Shown: one piece after another, positions 1-13,900 of the stretch | Position numbering within the stretch: position 1 is the stretch's first letter | Layout of the letters: every line of letters begins with the position of its first letter | Assembly: GCF_963921235.1 (NCBI RefSeq) | Contig: NC_086097.1 | Span: 185,196,001 to 185,260,000 of the forward strand | Direction: 5' to 3' | Length of the DNA stretch: 64,000 nucleotides | Source of the DNA: Mobula hypostoma | Taxonomy: Eukaryota | The notes under the pieces: generated by a model | Told to the model about the DNA's origin: nothing | Database searches by the model: none | Seen by the model: the letters and a program-made list of their open reading frames with translations, nothing else | Made by a program: the position numbers and the translations under genes

Positions 1-243
1 GAACATCCCTTCTGTGACATAAAAAGAACATTGGGGCATTCTTTCAATGCCATGGATTTGCACTGGAATGTCTGGCTGTAAAAGTTGGGCACATATCTAT
101 TTCACTGTAGGTCTGAAAAATAAGCAGATATTTCATGATGGTTGCAGTATTGTGCTAGAACAGAAGGGTCAATTAAAGAAACACCTGTGGAAGCCATCAT
201 AAGGTTATGATATTTCAATTTCTGAGATACTCCGGCACCAGCA

Positions 244-563
244 TCAGAATTAGAATCAGAATGAGGTTTGTTATCACTGGCATGTGACGCAAAATTTATT
301 AACTTAGCCACTGCAGTTCAATGCAATACACAGTCCAGCAGAGAGAAAAAAATAATAAATAAAAGAAAACAATAATAATAAATAAACACGTAAATCAATT
401 ACGTATATTGAATAGATTTTAAAAAGTGCAAAAATAGAAATACTGTATATTAAAAAAAAAGTGAGATAAGTGTCCAAAGCTTCAACGTCCACCCAGAAAT
501 CGGATGGCAGAGGGGAAGAAGCTCTCCTGAATCACTGAGTGTGTGCCTTCAGGCTTCTGTACC
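244..563 (-). mobile_element. Rex1/Babar LINE 3' fragment
   Basis: (ATCAGA)-type tail at left and 3'UTR/ORF-end sequence similar to other Rex-like ends in the window (e.g. 24430-24790). Confidence 0.6.
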
Positions 564-564
564 A

Positions 565-735
565 GCAAACATTCCGTGATCAAAGTCACTTAGATCACAT
601 TTCTTCCCCATTTTGATGTTTGGTCTGAACAAGAACTGAACCTCTTGACCAGATCTACATGCTTTTATACATTAAGTTGTTGCCACATGATTGGCTGATT
701 ATATATATTTGCATTAGCAGACAGGCCACTGAGTA
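565..735. mobile_element. Tc1/mariner-derived terminal fragment
   Basis: 'caaagtcacttagatcacatttcttccccatt...gccacatgattggctgatt...ggccactgagta' resembles a fish Tc1-type end; recognised from memory only. Confidence 0.5.
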
Positions 736-852
736 TGCTTTGTAGATCCCTAGCCTTCCTGCAGTACGATTACATGAAGATTATTTCAGTGTTGACTTTT
801 CACCTCCATTCTCAGTTTTCATCATAAAGAATAATCATTAATTCAAATCTAC

Positions 853-901
853 CTTATGGGTTGTAGGACTTTGCAGAGTTTCATGCTGTGTTGATTAATT
901 G
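853..901 (-). other. Candidate 49-nt host exon
   Basis: ccctcattcattag|CAAT...TAAG|gtagat; a strong downstream acceptor lies at 113-126. Confidence 0.25.
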
Positions 902-1269
902 CTAATGAATGAGGGAACAGAACAAACGGTAAAGTGTAGTCAACAGATGGTAAGTTTGCCTAAAACACAAGCTGCCATAAAAGAACTCTCTGCCCATGTA
1001 CTCGTGTCCACATATAATTCAAAATACCAATATCAATTATTCTTCCTTGGGACTTGATATAACTACAAAGATATTAAAGCTTGTGCATCCGTTATTCAGG
1101 AGTAAATCCCATAGCAAGCAATAAAATCATTCCATTGCACTTGGAAGTGGTCCAATTTAGTGCTCATTCTTGGATACTTCTAGTTTTTGGGTGAGTTCAT
1201 GCACAAAAAGGTCATGAGCCCTGATCCATTTTTATCAAGCAAGGGAACAAACTCGCGTAATGAAGATTA

Positions 1270-1830
1270 GTGCAGGGTATGCGGGGAATAATCTGAAGCT
1301 GAAAAATGATGGCCTACTGAAGGTGCAGCAGGATGAAGACAATGTTCAGTTATGAGCTGAGAGGTTGTCAAGTAATATTGCCACACAAGTCTCAAGCAAG
1401 GACCATCTCCATAAAAGAGAGTCCAACCATCTACCCTTGAAATTTCCCAGTGCTTCCATTGCCAGGTCTCCCACAATCCATATCCTTGCAGTTACCATTG
1501 ACCGGACACAGAAATGGCCCAGACATCATCACATTCTTCCCACCACCTAAAAGGGATAAGGCTGAATGCCTGAAAGAGTGCTGATCCAACAGTACTCAGA
1601 AAGTTCAGCAGTATCCAATGCAACACACCCCATGTGACTGGAATGCCATCCACTTCTCTAAGCATTTCCTCCATCAGCATTGCTCAGTGGCTGCACTAGG
1701 TGTTTTCAACAAAATGCATTGCAGTTATTTGCCAAAGCTGCTCTGACAGTATATCCCAAAATTGTAGAATTCACTCCAAGGAAAGAAAACGGCAAAGGGT
1801 GCATCACCACCAGTGGTTTCCTCTCAAATT
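1270..1830 (+). mobile_element. Degraded RTE-X-like LINE 3' fragment
   Basis: Relict translation 'HQHCSVAALGVFNKMHCSYLPKLL'; homologous to 25230-25560. Confidence 0.5.
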
Positions 1831-1980
1831 GTCTATTTTCTACCTTAACTATGTATCACTCTTCCTTCATTCCTACCAATTCTAAATCCTCCCACTCCGT
1901 GCCAGTGGGAATATTGTAAAGCAGCAACAGTTCAAAGGAGATTTTTTTATACTGCACCTTCTCCAAGAAAAAATAACGAC

Positions 1981-3480
1981 ATAGAATATAGTACTGTACA
2001 GCACAGTACAGGCCCTTTGACCCACAATGTCATGCCATCATTTTTAATCACTTCAAGAAAAGTCTAATGCTTAGTTTCGACATAGCCTTCCATTTTAATT
2101 TTTTCTATCCACCTCTGGCATCACATTCCATGCACCCTTCATTCTCAGTGCAAATAAATATCTACTATATCTCTGATATTTCCCCTACACTTTCCTCCAA
2201 TCAACTTACAATTATGCCCCTTCACATTAGTCAGTTCTGCCCCAGGAAAAAAGCGCTGGCTCTTCACTCTGACTATGCCTCTTAATGTCTTATTCACCTC
2301 TATGAAGTCACCTCTCATCATCCTCTGAACCTTTCCATAAAACATGCTCTCTAATGCAGGCAGCATCCTGGTAGATCTCCTTTTCACCATCTCTAAAGCT
2401 TCTACAGCCTTGTGTTATGAGGTGATCAGAACTATACACAATACTTCAAGTGTGGTCTAACCAGAGTTTTATAGAGCTGCCACATTATCTTACCACTCTT
2501 GAACTTGATCCCTCGACTAACGAAGGTCAACATACCATGTTCCCTTTTAACCACCCTACCAGCTTGCACAGCAGTTTTGAGGTATCTATGTTAATTGCAA
2601 GTACAGAGGAAGAACTACAAAACTTAATTGATATAATTGTTGAAGAAAGTGCAAAAATGGGTCTATCTATCAATTGCAAAAAGACAGAATGTATGGTGAT
2701 ATCCAAAAAGAAGGAGAATCCTATAGGCAGGCTGAGAATAAATGGAGAAGACATAAAACAAGTACAGAACTTTTACTACTTAGGAAGCTGGGTGACATCA
2801 GATGGCAGGTGTGACTTGGACATCAAAAGGAGAATAGGGATGGCAAAAGATACCTTTACGAGAATGAAGAGTATACTGACCAATACTAAACTAGGCATGA
2901 CAACCCGCCTCATAGCACTGAAATGTTACGTTTATCCAGTTATGTTATATGGCTCAGAATGTTGGACAATATCTAGTAACATGAGGAAAAGAATTGTAGC
3001 AGCAGAGATGTGGTTTTTGAGGAGGATACAAAGAATATCATGGACAAAATGAATACCTAACGAGGATGTCATGAACAGAGCAAACACAAAAAGAGAAATA
3101 ATGTATGAGATCATGAAAAGGCAATGTAACTTCATTGGACATGTGATTAGGAAAGAGGAGTTAGAATACACGGTGATTATGGGAAAGATTGAAGGGAAGA
3201 AAGCAAGAGGAAGACAAAGACAAATGATGATGGAGACAGCAGCCAGAGAACTGGAAATAAATACCAATGAATTGACCCACTTGACCCGAAACAGGAGGGT
3301 GTGGGCCATGGCAGTCAAAGCTCAAACTGGGCACGGCACCAGAGGATGATGATGAGACAAGGACCCCCAGATTGTTCAAACTCCAAAGAATCTTGCCCCT
3401 ACCTTTGTACTCTGCCTTCAAGGTCAGACTTCATACTTTTCCATACTGAACTCCATATGCCGCAGTTAAACACAGATATA
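1981..3480 (-). mobile_element. CR1 LINE 3' fragment, split by an RTE insertion
   Basis: CR1 tail at 1981; 'MVKRRSTRMLPALE...MRGDFIEV' remnant; CR1 sequence stops at ~2590 (ctatg) and resumes at ~3355 (gacaaggaccccc). Confidence 0.75.
2591..3354 (+). mobile_element. 5'-truncated RTE-clade LINE (RT C-terminal half)
   Basis: ORFs 2450-3052 and 3071-3349 share a frame, split by one TGA; motifs GLSINCKKT, YLGS, MLYGSECW, AAEMWFLRR, GKIEGKKARGRQR; (GAT)n tail. Confidence 0.9.
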
Positions 3481-3589
3481 CGGCACACAGTACTTGTAAA
3501 AAGTTTGAAGATCTTGCAGCGCAGTTAAAGATTTCCAGGTTTGACATTGTGGGCATCACTGAATTGTGGTTGAAAGAAGATTACAGTTT

Positions 3590-4473
3590 GCAAGCCCCCA
3601 TCCCTCCCCACTGATCTCCCTCCTGGCACTTATCCATGTAAGCGGAACAAGTGCTACACATGCCCTTACACTTCCTCCCTTACCACCATTCAGGGCCCCA
3701 AACAGTCCTTCCAGGTGAGGCAACACTTCACCTGTGAGTCGGCTGGGGTGATATACTGCGTCCGGTGCTCCCGATGTGGCCTTTTATATATTGGCGAGAC
3801 CTGACGCAGACTGGGAGACCGCTTTGCTGAACATCTACGCTCTGTCCGCCAGAGAAAGCAGGATCTCCCAGTGGCCACACATTTTAATTCCACATCCCAT
3901 TCCCATTCTGACATGTCTATCCACGGCCTCCTCTGCTGTAAAGATGAAGCCACACTCAGGTTGGAGGAACAACACCTTATATTCCGTCTGGGTAGCCTCC
4001 AACCTGATGGCATGAACATCGACTTCTCTAACTTCCGCTAATGCCCCACCTCCCCCTCGTACTCCATCTGTTACTTATTTTTATACACACATTCTTTCTC
4101 TCACTCTCCTTTTTCTCCCTCTGTCCCTATGAATATACCCCTTGCCCATCCTCTGGGTCCCCCCCCCCACCTCCTTGTCTTTCTTCCCGGACCTCCTGTC
4201 CCATGATCCTCTCGTATCCCTTTTGCCTATCACCTGTCCAGCTCTTGGCTCCATCCCTCCCCCTCCTGTCTTCTCTTATCATTTTGGATCTCCCCCTCCC
4301 CCTCCAACTTTCAAATCCCTTACTCACTCTTCCTTCAGTTAGTCCTGACGAAGGGTCTCGGCCTGAAACATCGACTGCACCTCTTCCTAGAGATGCTGCC
4401 TGGCCTGCTGCGTTCACCAGCAACTTTTATGTGTGTTGCTTGAATTTCCAGCATCTGCAGAATTCTTGTTGTT
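3590..4473 (+). mobile_element. Penelope-like element 3' part (GIY-YIG endonuclease plus pLTR)
   Basis: Reading 'VIYCVRCSRCGLLYIGET*RRLGDRFAEH...VATHFN...LGSLQPDGMNIDF', pyrimidine-rich UTR and hammerhead motif; inserted into a CR1 endonuclease region. Confidence 0.92.
4341..4376 (+). ncRNA. Minimal type I hammerhead ribozyme motif (PLE)
   Basis: AGUC-CUGACGA-AGGGUCUCGGCCU-GAAA-CAUC-GACU; stem I AGUC/GACU; the stem III palindrome reads ACAU instead of ACGU. Confidence 0.75.
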
Positions 4474-6120
4474 TAAGTGTAAAACACAAATTACTACGGG
4501 AGATAGAAAAGGCATGTGAAAAAAGAAAAAGTTATGATGGTCATGGGGGGTTGGTAAAATCAGGTTGGTGCTGAATCCCAAGATAGGGAATTTGTGGAAT
4601 GCCTTTGAGATGGATTTTTAGAATAGCTTATGGTGGATCCCACTGGAGGGAAGGCAATTCTGGTTTAATCAGGGAGCTTAAGATAAAGGACCTCTTAGGA
4701 GACAGTGATCATAATATGATAGAATTCACCCTGCAGTTGAGAGGGAGAAATAAAGTCAGATATATCAGTATTACAGTCGAGTATTACATCAAAGATTACG
4801 CGTTGAGGGTTGAGGAGGAGATTAAAAAAAAATGGATCAGCCATGACTGAATGGTGGAGCAGACTCATTAGGCCAGATAGCCTAATTCTGCTTCTTTGTC
4901 TTATGGTCTTGTGGAGTAAAATGAATTACAGAGGCAAGAGAGAGGAGCTGGCCAAAGTGATTGGAAGGAGACACTATCAGGGATGATGTCAGAACAGTAA
5001 TAGCTGAAGTTTCTGAGGGAGATTCAGAAGGCAAAGATACATCCCAAAGATGAAGAAGTATTCTAAAGGGAGGACGAGACAAGCATGGCCAAAAAAGAAA
5101 TTCAAAAACAGCATAAAAGCAAACATATAGCAAAAATTAGTGGGAAGTTAGAGGTTTGGGAATCTTTCAAAAACCAGCAGAAGGCAACTGAAAAACCCAT
5201 AAGGACAGAAAAGGTGAAATATTAAGGTAAGCTAGCTCATAATATAAAAGAGGATACCAAAGATTTTTCAAATATATAAAGAGTAAACGAGAGGCAAGAG
5301 CAGATATTGGACTGCTGGAAAATGACATTGATGAGGTAGTAATGGAGACAAAGAAATGTCAGACAAACTAAGTAAGTAATTTTCATCAGTCTTCACGAGC
5401 TGTATGTCAGAAATTCAAGAGCGTCAGGGGGCAGAAGTGAGTGTAGATGCTATTACCAAGGAGTAGGTGCTTGGGCAGCTGATAAGTCACCTGGCATAGG
5501 CGGAAAACACCGCAGGGTTTTAAAAGAGATAACTGAAGAAATTGAGAAAGCATTAGTAATGGTCATTCAAGAATCACTAGATTCTGAAATGGTTCCAGAG
5601 GACTGGAAAACCGCAAATGTCACACCACTTTTAAGAATGGAGGGAGGCAAAAGAAAGGAAATTATAGGTCAGTTAGCCTGACTTCAGCAGTTGGGGTGAT
5701 GATGGAGTCCATTATTAATGATGAGTTTAGGGATACATGGAGACACATGATAAATAGGCCAAAGTCAGCATAGTTTCCTTCAGGGGAAATCTTTTCTGAT
5801 AAATCTTTTGGAATTCCCTGAGGAAATAACAGGCAGAATAGACAAAGGAGAGTTAGTGGATGTTGTTTACTTGGATTTTCATAAGGCCTTTGACATGGTG
5901 CCACACATGAAGCTGCTTAATAGGATATGAGCCCATGGTATTACAGGAAAGATGCTAGCATGGATAGAAGATTGGCTGACTGGCAGGAGGCAAAGAGTGG
6001 GAATAAAGGGGGCCTTCTCTGGTTGACTGCTAGTGTTCAGCGGAGGTCAGTATTGAGACCACTTATTTTTACATTATTTGTCAAGAATTTGGATGATGGA
6101 ATTGATGGCTTTGTGGGAAT
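4474..6120 (+). mobile_element. Degraded CR1 ORF2 (EN/RT); 5' piece at 3480-3590
   Basis: LGDSDHNMIEF, PEDWK.ANVTPL, NYR.VSLTS and YLDFHKAFD remnants. Confidence 0.85.
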
Positions 6121-8664
6121 CATCAATTCCCACACAGCAAGTTTTATAGAAATGGAATATGCTACCTGGAAGAATGATGGAATCTTATTCTATAAGAATT
6201 TATAAAGGTAACTGGATGCACTTGAAAAGAAGTACTTTTTGGAGTTTTGGGCAAAATACAAGCTGAAAAAAATTCAGCGTTAGCACAGGCTGATGGCCTC
6301 CTTCTGTGCCATATTCTGTGACTCATCTTAAAATGGCTTTACAACGTGTCCTGGAAATTCTGGGCATAACGTCTCAAAACATGTAGAGCTGACAGAAGTT
6401 CTTTCCTTATAATTTCCAACTATTCTGCTCTGTGGTTCCATTCCAGCACTCACTACTTTTATTTTATGTATTTAGCAGCCTTTTGCATGTTACTGCCCAT
6501 GTACGTTGTGCTTATTTATAACTACTTGACCTAACCCATGAATAAATGTTCCTCTGTGGAAAGGTTAGTGTTTTGGTTAGCTGCAAATTTCCACTGATAG
6601 CTTAGTTTGACTGTAGTGGCACACAACAAACTGTTCTTATGCCTTGATTTGCAAACCACAACTATCCTGTGACTGTTGTCTGCCTTGTTTAGCCTGTTGT
6701 CAATGCTCTCCATGCATACTTGATGTAGTTTTCAGTTCTTGTTTGGGGCAGTAGGAGTAAGAAGCTTGTATGGGAGTGAACAGATGTGTGCTACTGCAGC
6801 CCACAACTTATCAGTTAGTTCACGGCTCCTACAGCTACTTATGGCTCTTTCACAGGATTTAGTGCTGGTTTCTTTCTTTATAAAAATAACATAACTTGAA
6901 CAGGGAGATGACGCAGTAAAATTGGCTATAAAACACATGGGATAAAAAGGATATAACACATATATTTACATATAACATACATTTCTAGGTTATCAAGACT
7001 TAAGTGTTCCTTTTAATTTAATTGCTTTGGGTGCATCAGGTTGATGGAATAATTTTGAAACAAAGCAACAAGAGTTACAAGTGGCAAAAAATATCATGAA
7101 CCAAAATGATGGTAAAGATTGGAGAATTGCCGCTTTAGACCTGAAGGAATTGTTTGGAGGGATGTCATACAATTTCACACAAGGAAATATTCAAAACAGT
7201 CCTGACCTTTCTAACACTACTGTCCTTTCAAACACCGCTGACCTATAACATTTACTGCAACGTCAGCAATCAACCATCACAATGATCCTTTCCACCAGGG
7301 AATGCTTAGGAAAAACACCATCATGGCTTCTCAATGGCTAAAATCAAATTTTGGTAGCGAGATGTTTGAAAAGTACAAATAAAATTAGTTCTGAAGATCA
7401 GTCTGAGATATTAAATCTACCTCTTCACAGCAGATGCTCTGTAATCCACTGAATATCCTCAGTATTTATTCTGCTAACAGGATAAGTTGGCTTTACATTC
7501 TTTAATACTGTATTTGAACAATTTTTATTGTTGGTGGTGCAGAATAAGATAGTAACAGATTAAAAGATGGTAGCTAGCATAGTGCAGAGAGCAATTTTCA
7601 TTGCTAAAACACAGTGTAAACATGATAAGTAAAATTCCAGTGATGTGGCATCCAACTGTTTGGAGATTATCATGACTTGGCACTATGATCCAAGGACCCA
7701 GAATGCACATGGATCAGGGTCTGACCTGAACTGGGGTTGGGGTCCGGAACACCAGGAATGTGGACAAATATGCAGTTGGACGCAGCTTTAGGGGTGCTTG
7801 TATATTTTCCTGTAAACTTGGAATAGTCATCGTAAAATTTGGTATATTACTGTGTAACATGTAAAAATTAAAGTGCGTGTTCGGTAATAGGAGCAACAGT
7901 ACCAAGCTTTCCAATAGTTTGAAGCAATGTTTCAAGATGCCAATAGATTATTTTTCTTTATTTTTTTCTTATCATGTAGTGGTAGAGAGAACATAACAAA
8001 ATTAGTGTGTGTATGTTTTTTTCACCCAAGTCTAGTTTTGCTGAGTTGGTAAGGATGGGCCTTGAAGAGGAGTTTGAAACTGATAGCATGTCAATATTGC
8101 TGTTCCTATTCTTCATAGTAATAGAAGTGAAAAGGATGTCTAATTGGATCTGCCTCACTGGAACTACGAATTTCAGCCAGGGGGGATCTTTGTTCTATAA
8201 TGTTGGCAGTAGAGAATGAAAAGACAAGATACTGCAAATGCTAGAACTTGGAGCAACACAAAGCACTGGAGGAGGTCAGTGGTCAGGCAGCATCGTGTAT
8301 CAGTGAAGGGAAGTGGACAGTCAACAGTTCAGGTCAAGATTCGTTATGTGGGTTGGAAAGGAAGAGGGGAATTAGCCAATACAGAAAGGGGTAAGGAAGA
8401 GATGGATCAATAGCTGCCAGGTGTTCAAGTCTTTTGGCAGCTCCCTACCAAGTTTTATGCCTTTCTCAATCCCTAAAGGAATCATTGTACTCCAATCTGT
8501 CTACCTGCCATGTAGAGTCATTGGTATTACTGTTTGAAAATAAAGTGTTTCTCCCTTCAGTTTGAGTAATTTAGTCTATATTGACGTGAACTTCTCTACC
8601 ATTAAACATTCTTTATTACTTGCTTCATTTCTGTCAACTATCGGCTCTTGCTCCACCCCTAATC

Positions 8665-10540
8665 TCTTCTTTGAGGAGATTACAGGTAGGATACATAAAG
8701 GGGATGCAGTGGATGTGTATATTTGGACTTTCAGAAGGCCTTTGAAAGGTGCCACACATGAGGCTGCTTACCAAGTTAAAAGCCCATAGTATTACAGGAA
8801 AGATATGTCTAACATGGTTAGAGCATTGCTGGTTGGTAGGAGGCAACGAGTGGGAATAAAAGGATCCTTTTCTGGTTGGCTGCCAGTGACTAGTGGTCTT
8901 CCGCAGGGGTCGGTGTTGGGACCACTTCTTTTTATGCTGTATATAAACGACTTAGATAATGGAATAGATGGCTTTGTTGCCAAGTTTCAGATGATACAAA
9001 GATTGGTGGAGGGGCAGGTAGTGTTGAGGAAACAGGTAGGATGCAGAAGGACTTAGACAGATGAGGAGAATGGGCAGAGAGTAGCAAATGAAATACAATG
9101 TTGGAAAATGCATGGTCATGCACTTTGGTAGTAGAAATAAATGTGTGGAATATTTTCTAAACAGAGAGAAAATCCAGGAATCTGAGATGCAGATGGACTT
9201 GGGAGTCCTTGTACAGAACACCCTGAAGGTTAACTTACAGGTTAGTTTGGTGGTGAGGAAGGCAAATGCCACATTAGCATTCATTTCAAGAGGTCTCATG
9301 TGATGCTGAGGCTTTATAAGGCACTAGTGCGGCTTCACCTTGAGTATTGTGAACAGTTTTGGGCCCCTCATCTTAGAAAAGATGTGCTGGCATTGGAGAG
9401 AGTCCAGAGGAGGTTCACAAGGGTGATTCCAGGAATGCAAGGGTTATCATATGAAGAACATTTGATGGCTCTGGGTCCGTACTCGCTGGAATTCAAAAGG
9501 ATGAGGAGGGAATCTCATTGAAACTTTTCAAATGTTGAAAAGCCTAGACAGAGTAGATGTGGAAAGGATTATTTTAAAATATTTATTAAATTTTTATTAT
9601 TTTAAAATAATACAAATTATGTATAAAGTAAAAAATGGAAAGCTACCACAAAGTATCCAAAGGTTGTTTAAAATGAGAGAAAGTCGACATGATTTGAGAG
9701 GAACACGTATATTTCAAAAACAAAGGATAAGAACAAATGTAAAAAATCATTGTATTTCAGTCAGAGGGGTGAATCTATGGAAGAGTTGTAGTGAGAATTT
9801 AAAAACATGCACCACACTTAACAAGTTTAAAAAATTATTTAAAAATAATTTAATGAACAAATATAAAATACATGATTTAAAATGAATGGGAGTAATGTAA
9901 ATAAATGATACTTGGAATTGGATCTTGTGTTAAAAGATTATGAAATTTTTTGTTTTGATGTGATGATTGACACCAAATATGTTGTTGTATAAGTAAGAGG
10001 GGTTGGGGTTGGCGTAATAAGGTGTAGCTTCAGCCTACACCCTTTCGGTCTGTTTTAAATAATATCCATGTTTTTTTGTTGTAATTTTGTCCTATGAAAT
10101 CATCGTTATGAAATCATCATTGAAAATGATGCTTTTTGTTGTGTTTGTACTGACCGAAGTAAATTTCATTCATTCATTCATTCATGTGGAAAGGATGTTT
10201 CCCATGGTGGGGGAGTCTAGGACAAGAGGGCACAGCCTCAGGATATAGGGGCGCCCTTTCAATACAAGATGCAGAGAAATTTCTTTAGCCAAAGGGTGGT
10301 GAATTCGTGGAATTTGTTGCCACATGCATGGTGGAGGCCATGTCATTGTGTGTATTTAAGGCTGTGATCGTTGTTCTTGATTGGACATGGCATCAAAGGC
10401 TACGGGGAGAAGGCCAGGGAGTGAGGCTGAAGAGGAGATAGAAAAAAAGGATCAGCCGTGATTGAATGGCAGAGCAGACTCAATGGGCCAGATGGCCTGA
10501 TTCTGCTCCTATGTGTTATGGTTTTATGGGCTTATGGTCT
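8665..10540 (+). mobile_element. CR1 LINE 3' half, interrupted at 9570-10183
   Basis: SGLPQGSVLGPLLF.YINDL, LYKALVR.HLEYC and LERVQRRFT motifs; (TTATGG)-type tail near 10515-10540. Confidence 0.9.
9570..10183 (+). mobile_element. 5'-truncated Crack/L2-like LINE with (TTCA)n tail and 13-bp TSD
   Basis: ORF end 'IMYKVKNGKLPQSIQRLFKMRESRHDLRG...GVNLWKS...FKKLFK'; TSD atgtggaaaggat at 9557-9569 and 10184-10196. Confidence 0.8.
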
Positions 10541-11059
10541 TATTTCCACCCACTTATTTATACTGACTATTTCACCTCTATCCAGTCCAGATGAAGGATG
10601 TCAACACAAAACATTGGTTGTCCATTTCCCTCCAGTGATCCTGCCTGATGTGCCAAGTTACTCCAGCACTTTGTGAGTAGAGTAGGGAATATTCGAACTG
10701 ACTAGTATGCAGTTTCATCTTATTTCTATTTCTATTGGTAATGTTCTTATCCATGTTGTTTTGGAACTGCAAAGTCGAGTGTTTTGGTGCTCTGACCGTG
10801 GATATTCACGGTGGTGTGGCAAGAGCCCGATGTAATGTAGAAAGCATTTACCAGGCTTTGCAACTGATTACCAATAGTGGAATATGTGAAGATTCAGGGT
10901 AAATCCAGGTGTTGATGAGTTGAAATTAACACTTCAAGTACTTGGTGGAAAGCACTATGTGGTATCAGTACAATCCCCGTTTTAGTTATATGGAGCCCAG
11001 TAGCAGCACTTGGCTTTGTGGTCACAAGTGCTTTTATTTTAACATATTTTTATTTATTT

Positions 11060-11305
11060 ATATAGATATTCAGCACAGTACAGACCCTTCCAGCCAATGA
11101 GTCTGCACCACCCAATTACCTGCAAATGACTAATTAACCTACTACCCCATATGTCTTTGGAATGTTGGAGGAAACCAGAGCACTGGGAAGAAACCCACGT
11201 GGTCACAGGAGAACATAAATCTCCTTACAGACAGCAGCAGGAATTGGACCTGGATCATTGGCACTGTAAAGTGTTTCATTAACCGCTGTGCTACCACGTC
11301 AGCCT
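11060..11305 (-). mobile_element. tRNA-derived SINE (HE1/V-SINE-like) with CR1-type tail
   Basis: Minus strand: head gtggtagcacagcggtt...ggtccaattcc, core gtgggtttc...tggtttcctccaacattccaaagac, tail gggtctgtactgtgctg. Confidence 0.75.
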
Positions 11306-11675
11306 GATTCCTGTTAGGTAGCATTTAACTTATGCAAGCTAATGTAAACAGAAATGCCCAGTTCTTATACAAACAGTGAGAACAAGCCTCTTGAAATTGT
11401 GAATTCATGTCAGGTAACTCAACTTCTCTGAGGGTAGGGCATTGGGTATTGTATACATGCACTTTAGTAATGCTTTCAACAAGGTCTCTTAAAGTTCATA
11501 GTTCAAGGTTCAAAATAAATTTATTATTAAGGTGTACATATATATATCACCATATACAACCCTTAGATTAACTTTTTGCGGGCATACACACTAAATCCAT
11601 AATGGAGTTAATGAAAGACCACCCCAACTTGGACATTCAACCAATGCACAAAAAAAAAACAAACTGTGCAAATAC

Positions 11676-11726
11676 ATAAATAAATAAATAAATAAATAGA
11701 TAGATAGATAGATAGATAGATAAATA
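11676..11726. repeat. Compound (TAAA)n(TAGA)n microsatellite
   Basis: Directly visible, inside the Rex 3'UTR. Confidence 0.9.
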
Positions 11727-13344
11727 AGACATGCGTATCAAGATCATGAGATGAAGAGTCCTTGAAAATGAGTCCATAGGTTGTAGGGACATTTCAATTC
11801 AAGCGCAAGTGAAGTTGAGTGAAGTTATCCCCTTTGGCTCAAGAGCCTGATAACTGTTCCTGAACTCAGTGGTGGTTGTCCCGACGGCAGCAGCGAGAAG
11901 AGAGCATGTCCCATGTGGTGGGGATCCCTGAGGATGGATGACACTTTCCTGCAACAATGCTTCATGTAGATATGCTGGTGGGGAGCACCTTAGCCGTGAT
12001 GGACTGGGCTATATCCACTACTGTTTGTGGAATTGTCCATTCAAGGGTATTGTTGTCACAATACCAGGTTGTGATGGAGCCAGACAATATACTTTCCACC
12101 ACACATCTATAGAAATGTGTCAAAGTTTTAGATGTCATGCTGAATCTTCATAAACTCCTAAGGAAGTATAGACATTGCCGTGCTTTCTTCACAGTTATAC
12201 TTACGTGCTGGACCCAGGACAGGTCCTCTGAGATAATAACATAGAGGAATTTAAAGTTGCTGACCCTCTCTACCTCTGATCTTCTGATGAGGACTGGCTC
12301 ATGGAGCTCTTGTTTCCTTCTCCTGAAGTCAATAATCAGCTCCTTGGTCTTGCTGACATTGAGTAAGAGGTTGTTGTTATGGCACCACTCAGCCAGATTT
12401 TCAATCTCCCCCCCTTTATGCTGATTCATCAGCACCTTTGATTCAGTCTACAACAGTGATGTCATCAGCAAATTTGAATATGGCATTGGAGCTGTGCTCA
12501 GCCACACACTCCTAAGTATAAAGTGAGTAGAGCAGGACGCTAAGCACACAGCTTTGTGGTGCATCTGCATTGATGGAGACTGTGGTGGAGATGTTGTTGC
12601 CAATCTGACCTGACTAGGGTCTGCAAGTAAGGAAATCCAGGATCCAATTTCACAAGAAGTTATTGTGGCTAATGTCTTGAAGCTTATAGATTAGAATTGA
12701 GGAGGTGATAGTATTGAATACTGAGCTGTAGTCAATAAGCAGCATCCTGATGTATGCATCTTTGCTGTCCAGGTGTTCTAGGGTTGAGTGAAGAGCCAGT
12801 GAGATGACACCTGCTGTGGATCAGTTGCTCCGGTAGGCAAATTGAAACAGATCCAAGTTGCTCCTCAGGTAAGAATTGATACATTTCATCACCAACTTCT
12901 CAAAACAATTCACCACTGTGGATGTAAGTGCTGCTGGATGAGAGTCATCGAAGAAGATTACCACGTTCTTCTTAGGCACCGGGATAATTGAAGACTGCAT
13001 GAAGTAGGTGGGTACCTCAGACGGCCAACGCAAGAGGTTAAAGATCTCAGTGAACTCTCTAGTCCTGGCTTTTAGTACTTGGCCAGGGTTTTCGTGTGTT
13101 CATCCTCTTGAAGGCCGATCGCACATTGGCCACAAAGACTGAAATCACAGGATCATCAGGGCCTGTGAGGGTTTGTGATAGTTCCTCCATGTTCTGACCG
13201 TAAAAGTGAAAACAGAAGGCATTGAGCTCATCCAGGAGCAAAGTTCTATTGTTGTCTGCAATGCTTATTTAACTTTATAAGATGTGATAATATTCAAACC
13301 CCGCCACAAATGTTGAACATCCTCATTGTTTCAAGAATTGCTGT

Positions 13345-13900
13345 GTGGTGAAAAAGGCACAACAGCACCTCTTTCACCTCAGACGGTTGAAGAAGTTTGG
13401 TATGGATCCACAGATCCTAAGAACATTCTATAAGGGCACAATTGAGAACATCCTGACTGGCTGCATTACTCCCTGATATGAGAACTGTACTTCTCTCCAT
13501 CGCAGGGTTCTGCAGAGAGTGGTGCAGACATCTGTAGATGTGAACTTCCCACTACTCAGGACATTTACAAAGACAAGTGTGTGTTTAAAGGGCCCAAAGG
13601 ATCATTGGGGACCCGAGTCACCCCAACCACAAACTGTTCCAGCTGCTACCATCTGGGAAACAGTACCTCAGCATAAAAGTCAGGACCAACAGGCTTCAGG
13701 ACAGCTTCTTCCACCAGACTGCTTAATTCATGCTGACACAACTGTATTTCTGTTATATTGTCTATCTTGTTGTACATACTATTTATTATAAATTACTATA
13801 AATTGCACGTTGCACATTTAGAGGGAGACGTAACGTAAAGATTTTTATTTCTCATGTATATGAAGGATGTACGAAATAAAGTCAATTCAATTCAATTCAA
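13345..13900 (+). mobile_element. Rex1/Babar 3' fragment nested in the opposite orientation
   Basis: LFHLRRLKKFG, IENILTGCIT and LLPSGK motifs; (TTCAA)n tail. Confidence 0.85.

Noticed and set aside
4041..4574. 177-aa Pro/Leu-rich ORF (also 28076-28408 and 28785-29189)
   Set aside because: Pyrimidine-rich PLE 3'UTR that is stop-poor by composition.
9532..9885. Single 117-aa gene
   Set aside because: Chimera across the CR1/Crack insertion junction; the N-terminus of ORF 2450-3052 is likewise chimeric.
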